Virus record (IMG/VR): IMGVR_UViG_3300043399_000524 | Location: 64,001-128,000 of that record | Length of the DNA stretch: 64,000 nt | Reading direction: 5' to 3' (one strand) | DNA from: a virus | In this document: piece after piece, positions 46,993 through 55,983 of the stretch | Layout of the letters: every line of letters starts with the position of its first letter | Numbering within the stretch: the stretch's first letter is position 1 | Made by a program: the position numbers and the translations under genes | The notes under the pieces: generated by a model | What the model saw: the letters and a program-made list of their open reading frames with translations, nothing else | The model's database searches: none | What the model was told of the DNA's origin: nothing

Positions 46993-47675
46993 GTTATTCA
47001 GATACATTAGTATATCGTAGTGCGGCTCAAATCAATGAAGCAATGAGTCGTGTGTATGGCTACATGGGACTTGCTACATTAGTTAGTCTGTTTGTAAGCT
47101 ATGTTGTAGGTTCTAGTCCAGAACTAGTACAATTTTTCTTTACAGGCTGGATGCGCTATGTAACTATTTTTTTACCATTGGTGGCAGTATTCCCAATTAC
47201 CATTGCTTTGAACAGTAACCCACCAAAAGAAATGGCATTATTCATGCTAGTTCTTTTTGCTGGTATAATGGGCTTGAGTTTTGCAGTAATTTTTGCAGTT
47301 TATACAATGGCAAGCATTGTTAGTGCATTTATGGGTTCAGCAGTATTGTTTGGAACTATGAGCTTTTATGGTTATTTTACCAAACAAAGTTTAGACAGTG
47401 TGGGCAAATTCTTATTTGTAGGCTTGATTGCAGTGGTAATTGCTAGTATAATTAACGTCTTTGTGGGTAGTACCGTAGCACAAATGGTAATTTCAGCAAT
47501 TGCAATTATTGTATTCTTGGGACTTACTGCATACGATACACAAAAAATCCGTGAACAATTAATGGATTCTAAGGAGTCAACTGTTGCAGAAGTATCTGGA
47601 GCATTGACATTATACCTAGATTTTATTAATATATTCTTGTCGTTGTTACAACTTTTTGGCAATAAGAAAGATTAA
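46989..47675 (+). CDS. yccA: Bax inhibitor-1/YccA family membrane protein
   Basis: About 7 hydrophobic helices; GLTAYDTQKI and ALTLYLDFINIFLSLL signatures. Confidence 0.93.
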   Translation: MSYSDTLVYRSAAQINEAMSRVYGYMGLATLVSLFVSYVVGSSPELVQFFFTGWMRYVTIFLPLVAVFPITIALNSNPPKEMALFMLVLFAGIMGLSFAVIFAVYTMASIVSAFMGSAVLFGTMSFYGYFTKQSLDSVGKFLFVGLIAVVIASIINVFVGSTVAQMVISAIAIIVFLGLTAYDTQKIREQLMDSKESTVAEVSGALTLYLDFINIFLSLLQLFGNKKD

Positions 47676-48599
47676 ATGAAGAATCAACTTTGGGTAGAAA
47701 AGTATAGGCCCGCTTCGGTAGACGAATATGTTTTTGTCGATGATCGTCAACGAGAGCAAGTCGCACAATGGATTAAAGACGGGTCTATACCCAATCTATT
47801 ATTCAGCGGGGACCCTGGCACTGGTAAAACTACACTAGCTAAAGTTCTAATTAAAGAATTAGGTGTAGAAGATTATGATGTGATGGAAATCAACGCAAGT
47901 CGTGATAACGGCGTTGACTACATCAGGTTCAAAATTGAGGGCTTTGTGCAAACTATGCCTTTCGGTAAGTTCAAAGTGGTTTTGTTAGACGAGGCAGATT
48001 ATCTGTCCCAGCCCGGTCAAGCTATCTTGCGTGGATTGATAGAATCATATTCTGACACCGCACGATTCATATTGACTTGTAATTATGACTACAAAATCAT
48101 CCCTGCATTAAAATCTCGCTGTCATAATATGCATATTGCAAAAACTGATATGACAGAATTCACTGCAAGGGCGGCAACTGTATTAGTTAACGAGAATGTA
48201 GAATTTGATTTAGATACACTGGATAACTATATTCGTGCCACATACCCGGATTTGCGTAAATGTTTAAATCAACTTCAAGTTAACAGCAATACAGGTAAGT
48301 TGTTATCTGCACAAGCACAAGGTTCTAGTGAACATGAATTATTGTTAGAGGCAACACAATTGTTTAAAGCTGGAAAAATTCTTGAAGGAAGACAACAGTT
48401 AATGCAATATATCGCACTTTATCCTACACGAATTGAGGATACATATAGGTGGATGTACGACAATTTAGATTTGTGGGGCAAAGATCAGGAAAAGAAAGAT
48501 GCAAGCATTATCATTATACGAAATGGTCTTGCGAATCTTCCATTAGTTGGAATCCCCGAAATTAGCATGGCAGCAACATTAGTGGAGTTAACAAGTTGA
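47676..48599 (+). CDS. Sliding-clamp loader AAA+ subunit (T4 gp44/RFC-like)
   Basis: WVEKYRP, GDPGTGKTT, INAS, LDEAD, LTCN, SRC, PDLRK. Confidence 0.93.
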   Translation: MKNQLWVEKYRPASVDEYVFVDDRQREQVAQWIKDGSIPNLLFSGDPGTGKTTLAKVLIKELGVEDYDVMEINASRDNGVDYIRFKIEGFVQTMPFGKFKVVLLDEADYLSQPGQAILRGLIESYSDTARFILTCNYDYKIIPALKSRCHNMHIAKTDMTEFTARAATVLVNENVEFDLDTLDNYIRATYPDLRKCLNQLQVNSNTGKLLSAQAQGSSEHELLLEATQLFKAGKILEGRQQLMQYIALYPTRIEDTYRWMYDNLDLWGKDQEKKDASIIIIRNGLANLPLVGIPEISMAATLVELTS

Positions 48600-48868
48600 G
48601 ATATTTACTTATTCAATTTCTTAGAAAGCCAGGCGGGCAGATTGATGAACAGGTTACTGTAGCTAAGAGAATAAAACCAGCGGACCTGCAAACATGTAAT
48701 GTTATTTTAGATTATGGAACCAAACAACTTCAAAAATGTGTCATTGAAGGTAAAATTGTGGATACAACTTTTGAAAAAATGGATGCATATTACAAACAAG
48801 TTTATCCCAATCTTATCAGTCAATTAGAAAAAGAGGCTGTTATTACAGCCAATCATAAAGGGGCCTAA
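48596..48868 (+). CDS. Hypothetical protein
   Basis: 90 aa, TTG start overlapping the upstream stop. Confidence 0.65.
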   Translation: MRYLLIQFLRKPGGQIDEQVTVAKRIKPADLQTCNVILDYGTKQLQKCVIEGKIVDTTFEKMDAYYKQVYPNLISQLEKEAVITANHKGA

Positions 48869-48880
48869 GCCCCTTTATTT
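48855..48880. terminator. Bidirectional terminator
   Basis: ATAAAGGGGC-ctaa-GCCCCTTTAT between convergent genes. Confidence 0.85.
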
Positions 48881-49661
48881 AAGAATACATTTTCAAAATG
48901 TGTTCTATAATTCGATGACGCTGAATATCCCGCGTATCGAATTTGCATGACGCCATGCCCGGAATCACCTCCTTCCCTTTTTCTAGCCTACTTAGTAAGT
49001 CTAGGAGCCCATTCTCAGGCGTGCGTCTATCTGTCTGTTCTACATCGCCAGTAATGACAATCTTGCTACCGATTCCGATGCGTGTCATAATCATTTTTAA
49101 CTGACTAGGAGTTGCGTTTTGAGCCTCGTCTAATACAACCCAACTGTTTTTAAAGTTTCGACCTCTACAGAAAGCTAATGGAGCAATTTCAATAATCTGA
49201 TCCTCTAGCATTTGTGCGATTTCTTTGGTTGTATAGTATTCTCGCAAAACATCCAATAACGGCCTTGTCCATGGTTCCATTTTTTGATTGATATCACCAG
49301 GTAAGAAACCATGTTTTTCGTCGTCAACACCGACTGCAGGTCTAGTTAAAATGATCCTGTCGCATTCGCCGCTTTTCATTGCTTTGATGGCAGCTTGCAT
49401 GGCCAAATACGTTTTCCCTGTCCCTGCTGGTCCCGAAACCACAACTATGTCTGTCTTATCATCAAGTAATGCTATGATATATTTTTCTTGATTAATGGAT
49501 TTGGGGATGAGTTCTACGGGTTTGTGTACCCTTGACCTTTGCGTTGCTTGGTTAAAGTCGATAGTTTTATTCTCATTTGAATAGAATGTCTTGCTTTCCT
49601 TTTTATTGTGTGAAAAACGTGTGTCTGTACTACGTAATGCGCTAGTTTTTCTTTTGCTCAA
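48879..49661 (-). CDS. phoH: PhoH-family ATPase
   Basis: GPAGTGKT, LTRPAV, GFLPGD, APLAFCRGR, LDEAQN, TRIG, TGD..Q.DR; TTG start after AAGGAG. Confidence 0.95.
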   Translation of the reverse strand: MSKRKTSALRSTDTRFSHNKKESKTFYSNENKTIDFNQATQRSRVHKPVELIPKSINQEKYIIALLDDKTDIVVVSGPAGTGKTYLAMQAAIKAMKSGECDRIILTRPAVGVDDEKHGFLPGDINQKMEPWTRPLLDVLREYYTTKEIAQMLEDQIIEIAPLAFCRGRNFKNSWVVLDEAQNATPSQLKMIMTRIGIGSKIVITGDVEQTDRRTPENGLLDLLSRLEKGKEVIPGMASCKFDTRDIQRHRIIEHILKMYS

Positions 49662-49829
49662 GTTATTCTCCTTTGAAAGAGCATGAGTCCTCATACGACT
49701 CATTTTTATTTAAGGTAGTTAAAACCTTATATACTAGTATACTTTTAACGCAAACTTTTAGCATAAATATTAGGCTAACCCCAAAATTCTTCAAAAGTTG
49801 TATTCGTTGAGAAAAAGATAAATACAACT

Positions 49830-50438
49830 ATGATTAAAACCGCCGACAGATTTTTTGATGACGTTGATTATGTCAGTATTATAGACACTGTAAAGGGTAT
49901 CTTTACTAGTGACGGGTCTATGGCCGTTCTACTAGATTTTGAACGAGTATTAGACGAAGCAGATTTATATGCCTTCCGTAACTGGGAATTAGGAGAGTTG
50001 GTTCAGGGCCCCGTAGTAAAACGATACAGTGTAGGCTCCATGTTTATGTGGCCTTATAAATTGATGCCCGATCCTAGGGCATGCAAAAGATTAATACATT
50101 TAGGTTGTAAAATTTACTGGAAAAAAACGAAAATCAAGGTTCCGGTAGAAGTCCAAGATCCAGACGATTTCCAGCCCGGAACACGTTATCCGAAAATGAA
50201 ACCTAAAACAGTTTGGTTGGTTTATATAGAAATGCCCAAAGAACTTATGGACGATATTCGTGAGGGATCTATTGATTTGGCAGGACAGAATATTGACTTG
50301 AATGAATTAGATGATTCATACGATGAAGATATGCAGAAAGAGGATAGTGACGGTACCGAACAAGGTGGAAATACTCAACAGTCTACACCTGATATGGGAG
50401 GTAACGTTGGAGATAATGAACAACTGCCGGCGATGTAA
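49830..50438 (+). CDS. Hypothetical late protein with acidic tail (leaderless start)
   Basis: TAAATA 49819 + 5 nt + ATG. Confidence 0.75.
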   Translation: MIKTADRFFDDVDYVSIIDTVKGIFTSDGSMAVLLDFERVLDEADLYAFRNWELGELVQGPVVKRYSVGSMFMWPYKLMPDPRACKRLIHLGCKIYWKKTKIKVPVEVQDPDDFQPGTRYPKMKPKTVWLVYIEMPKELMDDIREGSIDLAGQNIDLNELDDSYDEDMQKEDSDGTEQGGNTQQSTPDMGGNVGDNEQLPAM

Positions 50439-50440
50439 TT

Positions 50441-50995
50441 ATGACTAATATATTAAATGAAGGCCTAGACTATCACGACTTAGAGGGTATCGTTACACCA
50501 ACGGTTACTGTTGATGAATACGCGGCTAAAATGGGCAAAGATAGCGAAATTGTTACGTTATCTTTCGTTGTTAATAATAAGCAAGCAGGATCAGATTTGA
50601 GTGACTGGTTTGAAAGAGGATATGATTTTGTACTAGATGCACAAGTTAGTGATGGTGAATTAAGTTCAGGAAAATATCTGGTATTTGTTGAGATGAATCG
50701 CAGAACAAGTGTTCCTGAAAGAATTATTAGACTTATAGATGACTTGGAAACATTAACTGACATCCCACTAAAAGATTGGACTATTGTAGTAGATGACGAA
50801 GAATATGAACCAGATGAGGAAGTGTTAAAACAAGTACTAACGTTATCACCACACCAATACCGCGAAACAGTAGAACCAGAAAAAGAAGAAGAATTAAACG
50901 AAATGCGTGAAAGAGCAGGCTTAGAAGTAAAATCACTTTATACAGATAAGCAAGATGCTGATATCAAAGCATTTAAATCAATGGCGGGGTTATAA
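50441..50995 (+). CDS. Hypothetical protein, possible internal head protein
   Basis: MTNILNE|G N-terminus; ends MRERAGL...FKSMAGL. Confidence 0.65.
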   Translation: MTNILNEGLDYHDLEGIVTPTVTVDEYAAKMGKDSEIVTLSFVVNNKQAGSDLSDWFERGYDFVLDAQVSDGELSSGKYLVFVEMNRRTSVPERIIRLIDDLETLTDIPLKDWTIVVDDEEYEPDEEVLKQVLTLSPHQYRETVEPEKEEELNEMRERAGLEVKSLYTDKQDADIKAFKSMAGL

Positions 50996-50996
50996 C

Positions 50997-51548
50997 ATGG
51001 CAACAACAATATTAGCAAAAAAAGCTGGGGCAGAGACTCCAATTGCAACTGATGATGAACACCATCAAGTCTTAGCAGCAGATCCATCTATACAACAATT
51101 CCCACAAGGTAGTAGTTTTGGTGGATTCAGTTCACCGTCAAGTTCAAGTTTTGGAGGAACACAGATGAATAGTTTTCAATCTGCGGCAGTGAACAATTTT
51201 GCGAATACTCCGGGAACAAATCAACCTCAACCAAATCTTACACAAGCAGGTTCAAATGCAGCACAAGGTGCAGATGTATTAGTAGCACATGACAAAGATA
51301 GCACCGATTGGATTAATAAAAAATGGCGACCAGTTATGGGTTGGGTTTATATGTTAACATGTACTGTTGACTTTGTTTTATTTCCCATATTATGGTCTAT
51401 ATTACAAGCCCTAAGTAAAGGTAATGTCACAAGTCAATGGCAACCTCTAACCTTGCAAGGTGCAGGATTGTATCATATTGCAATGGGTGCCGTTCTTGGT
51501 ATCGCAGCATATGGTCGTACCAAAGAAAAAATTGAGGGTAAATCTTAA
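50997..51548 (+). CDS. Putative holin (GTA 3TM holin-like) with low-complexity N-terminus
   Basis: KKWRPVMGWVY...DFVLFPILW...WQPLTL...LGIAAYGRT.EKI. Confidence 0.7.
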   Translation: MATTILAKKAGAETPIATDDEHHQVLAADPSIQQFPQGSSFGGFSSPSSSSFGGTQMNSFQSAAVNNFANTPGTNQPQPNLTQAGSNAAQGADVLVAHDKDSTDWINKKWRPVMGWVYMLTCTVDFVLFPILWSILQALSKGNVTSQWQPLTLQGAGLYHIAMGAVLGIAAYGRTKEKIEGKS

Positions 51549-51549
51549 T

Positions 51550-51578
51550 TTGACTAAAAACACGTAAGGTGTTATACT
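51550..51578 (+). promoter_or_regulatory. sigma70 promoter; predicted +1 coincides with the ATG
   Basis: TTGACT-17-TATACT; ATG 51585 is 7 nt downstream; no SD. Confidence 0.85.
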
Positions 51579-51584
51579 CATTTA

Positions 51585-52400
51585 ATGGATTACTATAAGA
51601 CATTAGGGGTAGCTAAAACGGCTACTCCTGATGAAATCAAAAAAGCATATCGCAAACTAGCAAGTCAGCATCACCCGGATAAGGGTGGCGATACCGCTAT
51701 GTTCCAAAAGATCGAAGAAGCATATCGTATTCTTTCAGACCCACAACAACGTCAACAATACGACAATCCAAATCCATTCGGACAACACCCATTTAATAAT
51801 CAAGGTCCAGGATTCCCGGGCGGCTTCCATTTCAATTTTAATGGCGCTGATTTAAATGACATTTTTAGTCAGATGTTTAACCATCATCAGCAACGACACC
51901 CAAATTCTCCCCACACATATAGAACCGCAGTTTCTATTACTTTAGAACAAAGTTACATAGGCGGGTCTATGCCATTAAAATTACAAACCAATACACAAAT
52001 GTATACTGTAAGTATTGACATACCCAAAGGAGTTTCAGATGGTGGTCAATTAAGATATGATAATCTCATACCCAATGCATCTTTAATTGTAGAATTTAGA
52101 GTGCAACCTCATTTAAAATTCGAACGCAAGGGTGTGGATTTATATTGTAATCAACAAATATCAGTGTTGGATTTGATTGTTGGAACCACATTTGAATTCA
52201 CTACGATATCTGGAAAAACATTAGAAGTTAGGGTTCCTCCCAAAACTCAACCACACAAACAATTAAAAATAGCAGGAGAAGGTATGCCTATAAATGGCTC
52301 TACATTATACGGAGACCAAATCATATTGATTAAACCCTTCGTACCTGATAATATCAGTGACGAGATAACACAAAGTATTTTGCGTTCCAAATCCAAATAA
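51585..52400 (+). CDS. dnaJ: DnaJ/CbpA-type co-chaperone (class II, no Zn finger)
   Basis: DYYKTLGV...HHPDKGG J-domain, G/F region, C-terminal domain with G.GMP. Confidence 0.95.
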   Translation: MDYYKTLGVAKTATPDEIKKAYRKLASQHHPDKGGDTAMFQKIEEAYRILSDPQQRQQYDNPNPFGQHPFNNQGPGFPGGFHFNFNGADLNDIFSQMFNHHQQRHPNSPHTYRTAVSITLEQSYIGGSMPLKLQTNTQMYTVSIDIPKGVSDGGQLRYDNLIPNASLIVEFRVQPHLKFERKGVDLYCNQQISVLDLIVGTTFEFTTISGKTLEVRVPPKTQPHKQLKIAGEGMPINGSTLYGDQIILIKPFVPDNISDEITQSILRSKSK

Positions 52401-52424
52401 ATATTTTTTTTAATAAAGGAAGTT

Positions 52425-54698
52425 ATGACTAATTCACCAGAAATTGAAAGCATTATCGAACAAGCCATTGTTTATGCTAAAGAACGCAAACACCAATACT
52501 GTACGGTAGAGCACTTATTGCTATCATTGATTACGCATACTCCATTCAAAAAATGTTTGGATAGCTTTGGTGCCGATAGTGATATGTTGATTCAGGAAGT
52601 TAGCGCATATTTAGATAGTCTACATGCTATCGAAATTAAAAACGTAACTGCCGACGAAGTTCAACCTCGCAAGACAAACAGCCTTGAGCGCACGATGAAC
52701 CGTAGCATTACACAAGTATTGTTCACTGGTCGCCGTCAAGTCACAACTATCGATTTATATCTTAGCATTGCATCAGAGGGTAACAGTCATGCACATTATT
52801 TCTTGTTGAAATACGGAGTGAACAAACAAGAATTTGTCACGCATTGGCAAAAAACTTACAAAGGTGCTGAGTTTACTGCCAAGTTGTCTGAATCCCAAGC
52901 TGATGAAATTCTCGAAGAATATACCACAAATCTTACTGACCTCGCAAGGCAAGGCAAACTAGAACCGTTGATTGGTCGTAGTAAAGAACTTGATGATATT
53001 GTTAATGTTCTTGCTAAACGATTCAAAGCAAACGTTCTCATGGTTGGTGATCCGGGTGTTGGTAAAACTGCAATTGCAGAAGGTCTTGCAAATATGATTG
53101 TTGCAAATGAATGTCCTGAATTTATTCTCAATCATGAAGTTTATAGTCTTGAGGTCGGTGCATTGCTCGCAGGAAGTAAATATCGTGGCGACTTTGAAGA
53201 AAAAGTCAAGGCAGTATTAGAAGCACTTAACACCAAAAAGAAAGCAATTTTATTCATTGATGAAGCACACACCATGAGTGGTAGTGGTAACGGTAATGGT
53301 GGTAGTGTTGACTTCGCTAACATGATTAAGCCCGCGATTACTAAAGGCACACTAAAAGTTATCGCAAGCACAACATGGGAAGAATTCTACGAGAGTTTTG
53401 AAAAGGACCGCGCACTAATGCGTCGATTCTATCGTGTTGGCATCGATGAACCCAATAAAGAAACTACTATTCGTATTCTAACTGGTTTGTCACAGAGACT
53501 AAGCGAGTTTCATAATGTTGCCGTTTCAGAAGAAGCAATTACAGCAGCAGTGGATTTGGCTGATCGTTACATTCACGACCGTAAAAACCCAGATAAATCC
53601 ATTGATTTGATTGATGCAGCATGTGCTAAACAGCGTGTACTAGACAATAAAGGTGCAATAATTAACAAAGAGTTAATTTATGAACAAGTGGAACGGTTCA
53701 CAGGGGTACCTGCTGATAAACTTCAAGGTGATAACATGGATCGCATACAAACGCTTGAAGTTAACGTTAAAGGTAAACTTTATGGACAGGATGAAACTGT
53801 CGATAAAGTACTAGAACGTGTATATGTTAGTTTTGCGGGTATTGGTAATGAAACTAAACCCACAGCAAGTTTCTTGTTCTTGGGTCCAACAGGTACAGGT
53901 AAAACAGAATTGGCTAAGTTGTTGAGCAAGAACCTCGACATGCCATTACTCAAGTATGATATGTCAGAGTATAGCGAAAAGCACTCGGTTTCTAGCTTGA
54001 TCGGTCCTCCACCTGGTTATGTTGGTTTCGGTGACAGTCAAGTTCAAGGTGGTCGATTAATTTCTGATTTGAGTAAGAACCCACATGCTATCATGTTGTT
54101 TGATGAAGTTGAAAAGGCTCACCCAGATATCTTTAACATCTTCTTGCAAATGCTCGACGAAGGTACTATTACTGGTAGTAACGGTAAAAAAGTTAGCTGC
54201 AAGAACACTATCATTATCATGACCAGTAACTTGGGCAGTAGTGATAGTGAACGTAATAACATTGGTTTCGGTACCCAGGAAAAGACTGGCGAAGATGACA
54301 AGGCACTAAAAGAATTCTTTAAACCTGAGTTCCGTAATCGTTTGGATCTTGTCTGTAAGTTCAATAAACTTGATATGCTTGCGATTAAGAAGATTGTTGT
54401 TAAGTTTGCAGAAGACCTAAAGAAATCAGTACTTGACAAGCACAATATCACATTGAATCTGTCCGAAGAGGCAATTGAGTATCTTGCTGATAAAGGTTAC
54501 GACAAGAAGATGGGAGCTAGACCTCTTGCTCGTAAAATTGATGAATTGATCCGTGTCCCTCTTTCAAAGAAGATTTTATTTGAACGAATTAAAAATGCAA
54601 ATGTTATGGTAAGACTAGAAAACAACGAAATTGTGTTTGATGTGCAACAAAAATTAACAGCTACGGTGAACCAAGATGGGATTATTGAAGTCAATTGA
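52425..54698 (+). CDS. clpA: ClpA-type AAA+ unfoldase
   Basis: 757 aa; GDPGVGKT, KYRGDFE, FIDEAH, GPTGTGKT, GYVGF, FDEVEK; IGF loop NNIGFG; no ClpB middle domain. Confidence 0.93.
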   Translation: MTNSPEIESIIEQAIVYAKERKHQYCTVEHLLLSLITHTPFKKCLDSFGADSDMLIQEVSAYLDSLHAIEIKNVTADEVQPRKTNSLERTMNRSITQVLFTGRRQVTTIDLYLSIASEGNSHAHYFLLKYGVNKQEFVTHWQKTYKGAEFTAKLSESQADEILEEYTTNLTDLARQGKLEPLIGRSKELDDIVNVLAKRFKANVLMVGDPGVGKTAIAEGLANMIVANECPEFILNHEVYSLEVGALLAGSKYRGDFEEKVKAVLEALNTKKKAILFIDEAHTMSGSGNGNGGSVDFANMIKPAITKGTLKVIASTTWEEFYESFEKDRALMRRFYRVGIDEPNKETTIRILTGLSQRLSEFHNVAVSEEAITAAVDLADRYIHDRKNPDKSIDLIDAACAKQRVLDNKGAIINKELIYEQVERFTGVPADKLQGDNMDRIQTLEVNVKGKLYGQDETVDKVLERVYVSFAGIGNETKPTASFLFLGPTGTGKTELAKLLSKNLDMPLLKYDMSEYSEKHSVSSLIGPPPGYVGFGDSQVQGGRLISDLSKNPHAIMLFDEVEKAHPDIFNIFLQMLDEGTITGSNGKKVSCKNTIIIMTSNLGSSDSERNNIGFGTQEKTGEDDKALKEFFKPEFRNRLDLVCKFNKLDMLAIKKIVVKFAEDLKKSVLDKHNITLNLSEEAIEYLADKGYDKKMGARPLARKIDELIRVPLSKKILFERIKNANVMVRLENNEIVFDVQQKLTATVNQDGIIEVN

Positions 54699-55398
54699 TA
54701 ATGTGCCCGGTGTTGATTATTACGAATACCGTGATAATCAATACTATAACAAATATGAATACCGCCTAAGGGCAACTATTCCTTGTATTAAATATACATG
54801 GGATTGTAAGAATCCTGAGGATCTGGATAAAAAACTTCAAGGTAAATTTAGTGGTTACGGAAATGTGCGTAAAGAAGATAAACAAGATGTTATCGATAAC
54901 TTACCTGCATTAAAATATATCATCGGTTTACAAAAAGAGAAAAAGAAAAAAGAAATAGGAATCCGTATCGAAAGCAACACTATTGCGATTTTTTCGAATG
55001 ATCTATCTACTCTCAAGGATATCGAAACACTACTAGGTAGTCAATATAAATTTAATTATACACAGGTGCAAACCAGTCAGTATGCAGGTGTAAAACATTT
55101 TGTAAATGACCCTCCGCACAAATACCGTGTTTATTTAAAATCAAAACGAGTAGATGACCAATTTCATGTCGAATTGCGTGAAATGTTCAAAAAACAACCT
55201 AATTTATACCCCAGTCCTTCACTAAAACGATGGATGTATAATGACGGTAAACGCTATGGAATTTGGTATTTCCGTTGGTCTAGTTCAGCACATTTCATTG
55301 ATTACGATGATGAAAGTACACTAAGTTATCTAGCACTTATGCACGGTGAAATGTTGGGTAAAAAGTACAAACTAGAAAAGCGTCCCGATAATATCTAA
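54676..55398 (+). CDS. Hypothetical protein
   Basis: 240 aa, overlaps the clpA end. Confidence 0.75.
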   Translation: MGLLKSIDNVPGVDYYEYRDNQYYNKYEYRLRATIPCIKYTWDCKNPEDLDKKLQGKFSGYGNVRKEDKQDVIDNLPALKYIIGLQKEKKKKEIGIRIESNTIAIFSNDLSTLKDIETLLGSQYKFNYTQVQTSQYAGVKHFVNDPPHKYRVYLKSKRVDDQFHVELREMFKKQPNLYPSPSLKRWMYNDGKRYGIWYFRWSSSAHFIDYDDESTLSYLALMHGEMLGKKYKLEKRPDNI

Positions 55399-55404
55399 AA
55401 GTGA

Positions 55405-55432
55405 TAAATACTCTATTACTATAGGGTATTTA
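55405..55432 (+). promoter_or_regulatory. RBS-occluding hairpin whose 5' arm is the late promoter
   Basis: TAAATACTCTAT-tact-ATAGGGTATTTA, 12 bp with one G-U; ATG 55435. Confidence 0.82.
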
Positions 55433-55434
55433 CC

Positions 55435-55596
55435 ATGGCACAGGTTTTAGAAGAAGCAATCGTAATTAAAGTTAGCAAGTTAGTAAAAAATGGTTCAGGA
55501 GAAACTCTTGTTCCGGAAGAAACTTTGCAAGCATTAGAACAAGTCACCCAAGAATTATTGGGTGATTCCGTTATTGTTGAAGTGGAAAAAGCATGA
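55435..55596 (+). CDS. 53 aa late protein (not in the ORF track)
   Basis: MAQVLEEAIVIKVSKLVKNGSGETLVPEETLQALEQVTQELLGDSVIVEVEKA*; stop overlaps the next ATG. Confidence 0.75.
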   Translation: MAQVLEEAIVIKVSKLVKNGSGETLVPEETLQALEQVTQELLGDSVIVEVEKA

Positions 55597-55982
55597 GCCA
55601 AACAACAACACTAATACTATTACCACAAACAACTTGGAATGGTAATGTTTCCAATGTACAGATTTATGATGTTGTGGGTGACAAAAAACAAGCAGCAAGT
55701 TATTATGTAGGAAGCAAAGACCTACAAACTGTTAATATCAATTTAGCAGGTGTAACAGGAAATATCCTTATACAAGCTACATTAGCTACAGAACCAGTTG
55801 AAGTAGATTGGTTTAACGTTTATAAAATAGAAGCTAATGCAGGAGCACCTGCAAATAGCGAGGGTAATTTAAACGCTTTCTTAAATGAAGCGATTAACGT
55901 TGAGGGTAACTTTGTTTGGATGAGGGCAAAGATACAAGATTTCAATGGTGGTATCGTTCAATATGTTAAACTGAGTTACTAA
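55593..55982 (+). CDS. Small beta-rich virion-type protein
   Basis: 129 aa; GNILIQATL...WF.V...GNFVWMRA. Confidence 0.65.
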   Translation: MSQTTTLILLPQTTWNGNVSNVQIYDVVGDKKQAASYYVGSKDLQTVNINLAGVTGNILIQATLATEPVEVDWFNVYKIEANAGAPANSEGNLNAFLNEAINVEGNFVWMRAKIQDFNGGIVQYVKLSY

Positions 55983-55983
55983 T

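Noticed and set aside
49712-49760. Palindrome TATACTAGTATA and AAGGT/ACCTT repeat in the divergent phoH intergenic region (origin or operator?)
   Set aside because: Short and AT-rich, with no iterated copies or matching -35; not distinguishable from chance
52425-54698. ClpB disaggregase assignment (given the adjacent DnaJ)
   Set aside because: No coiled-coil middle domain, the length matches ClpA, and an IGF loop is present
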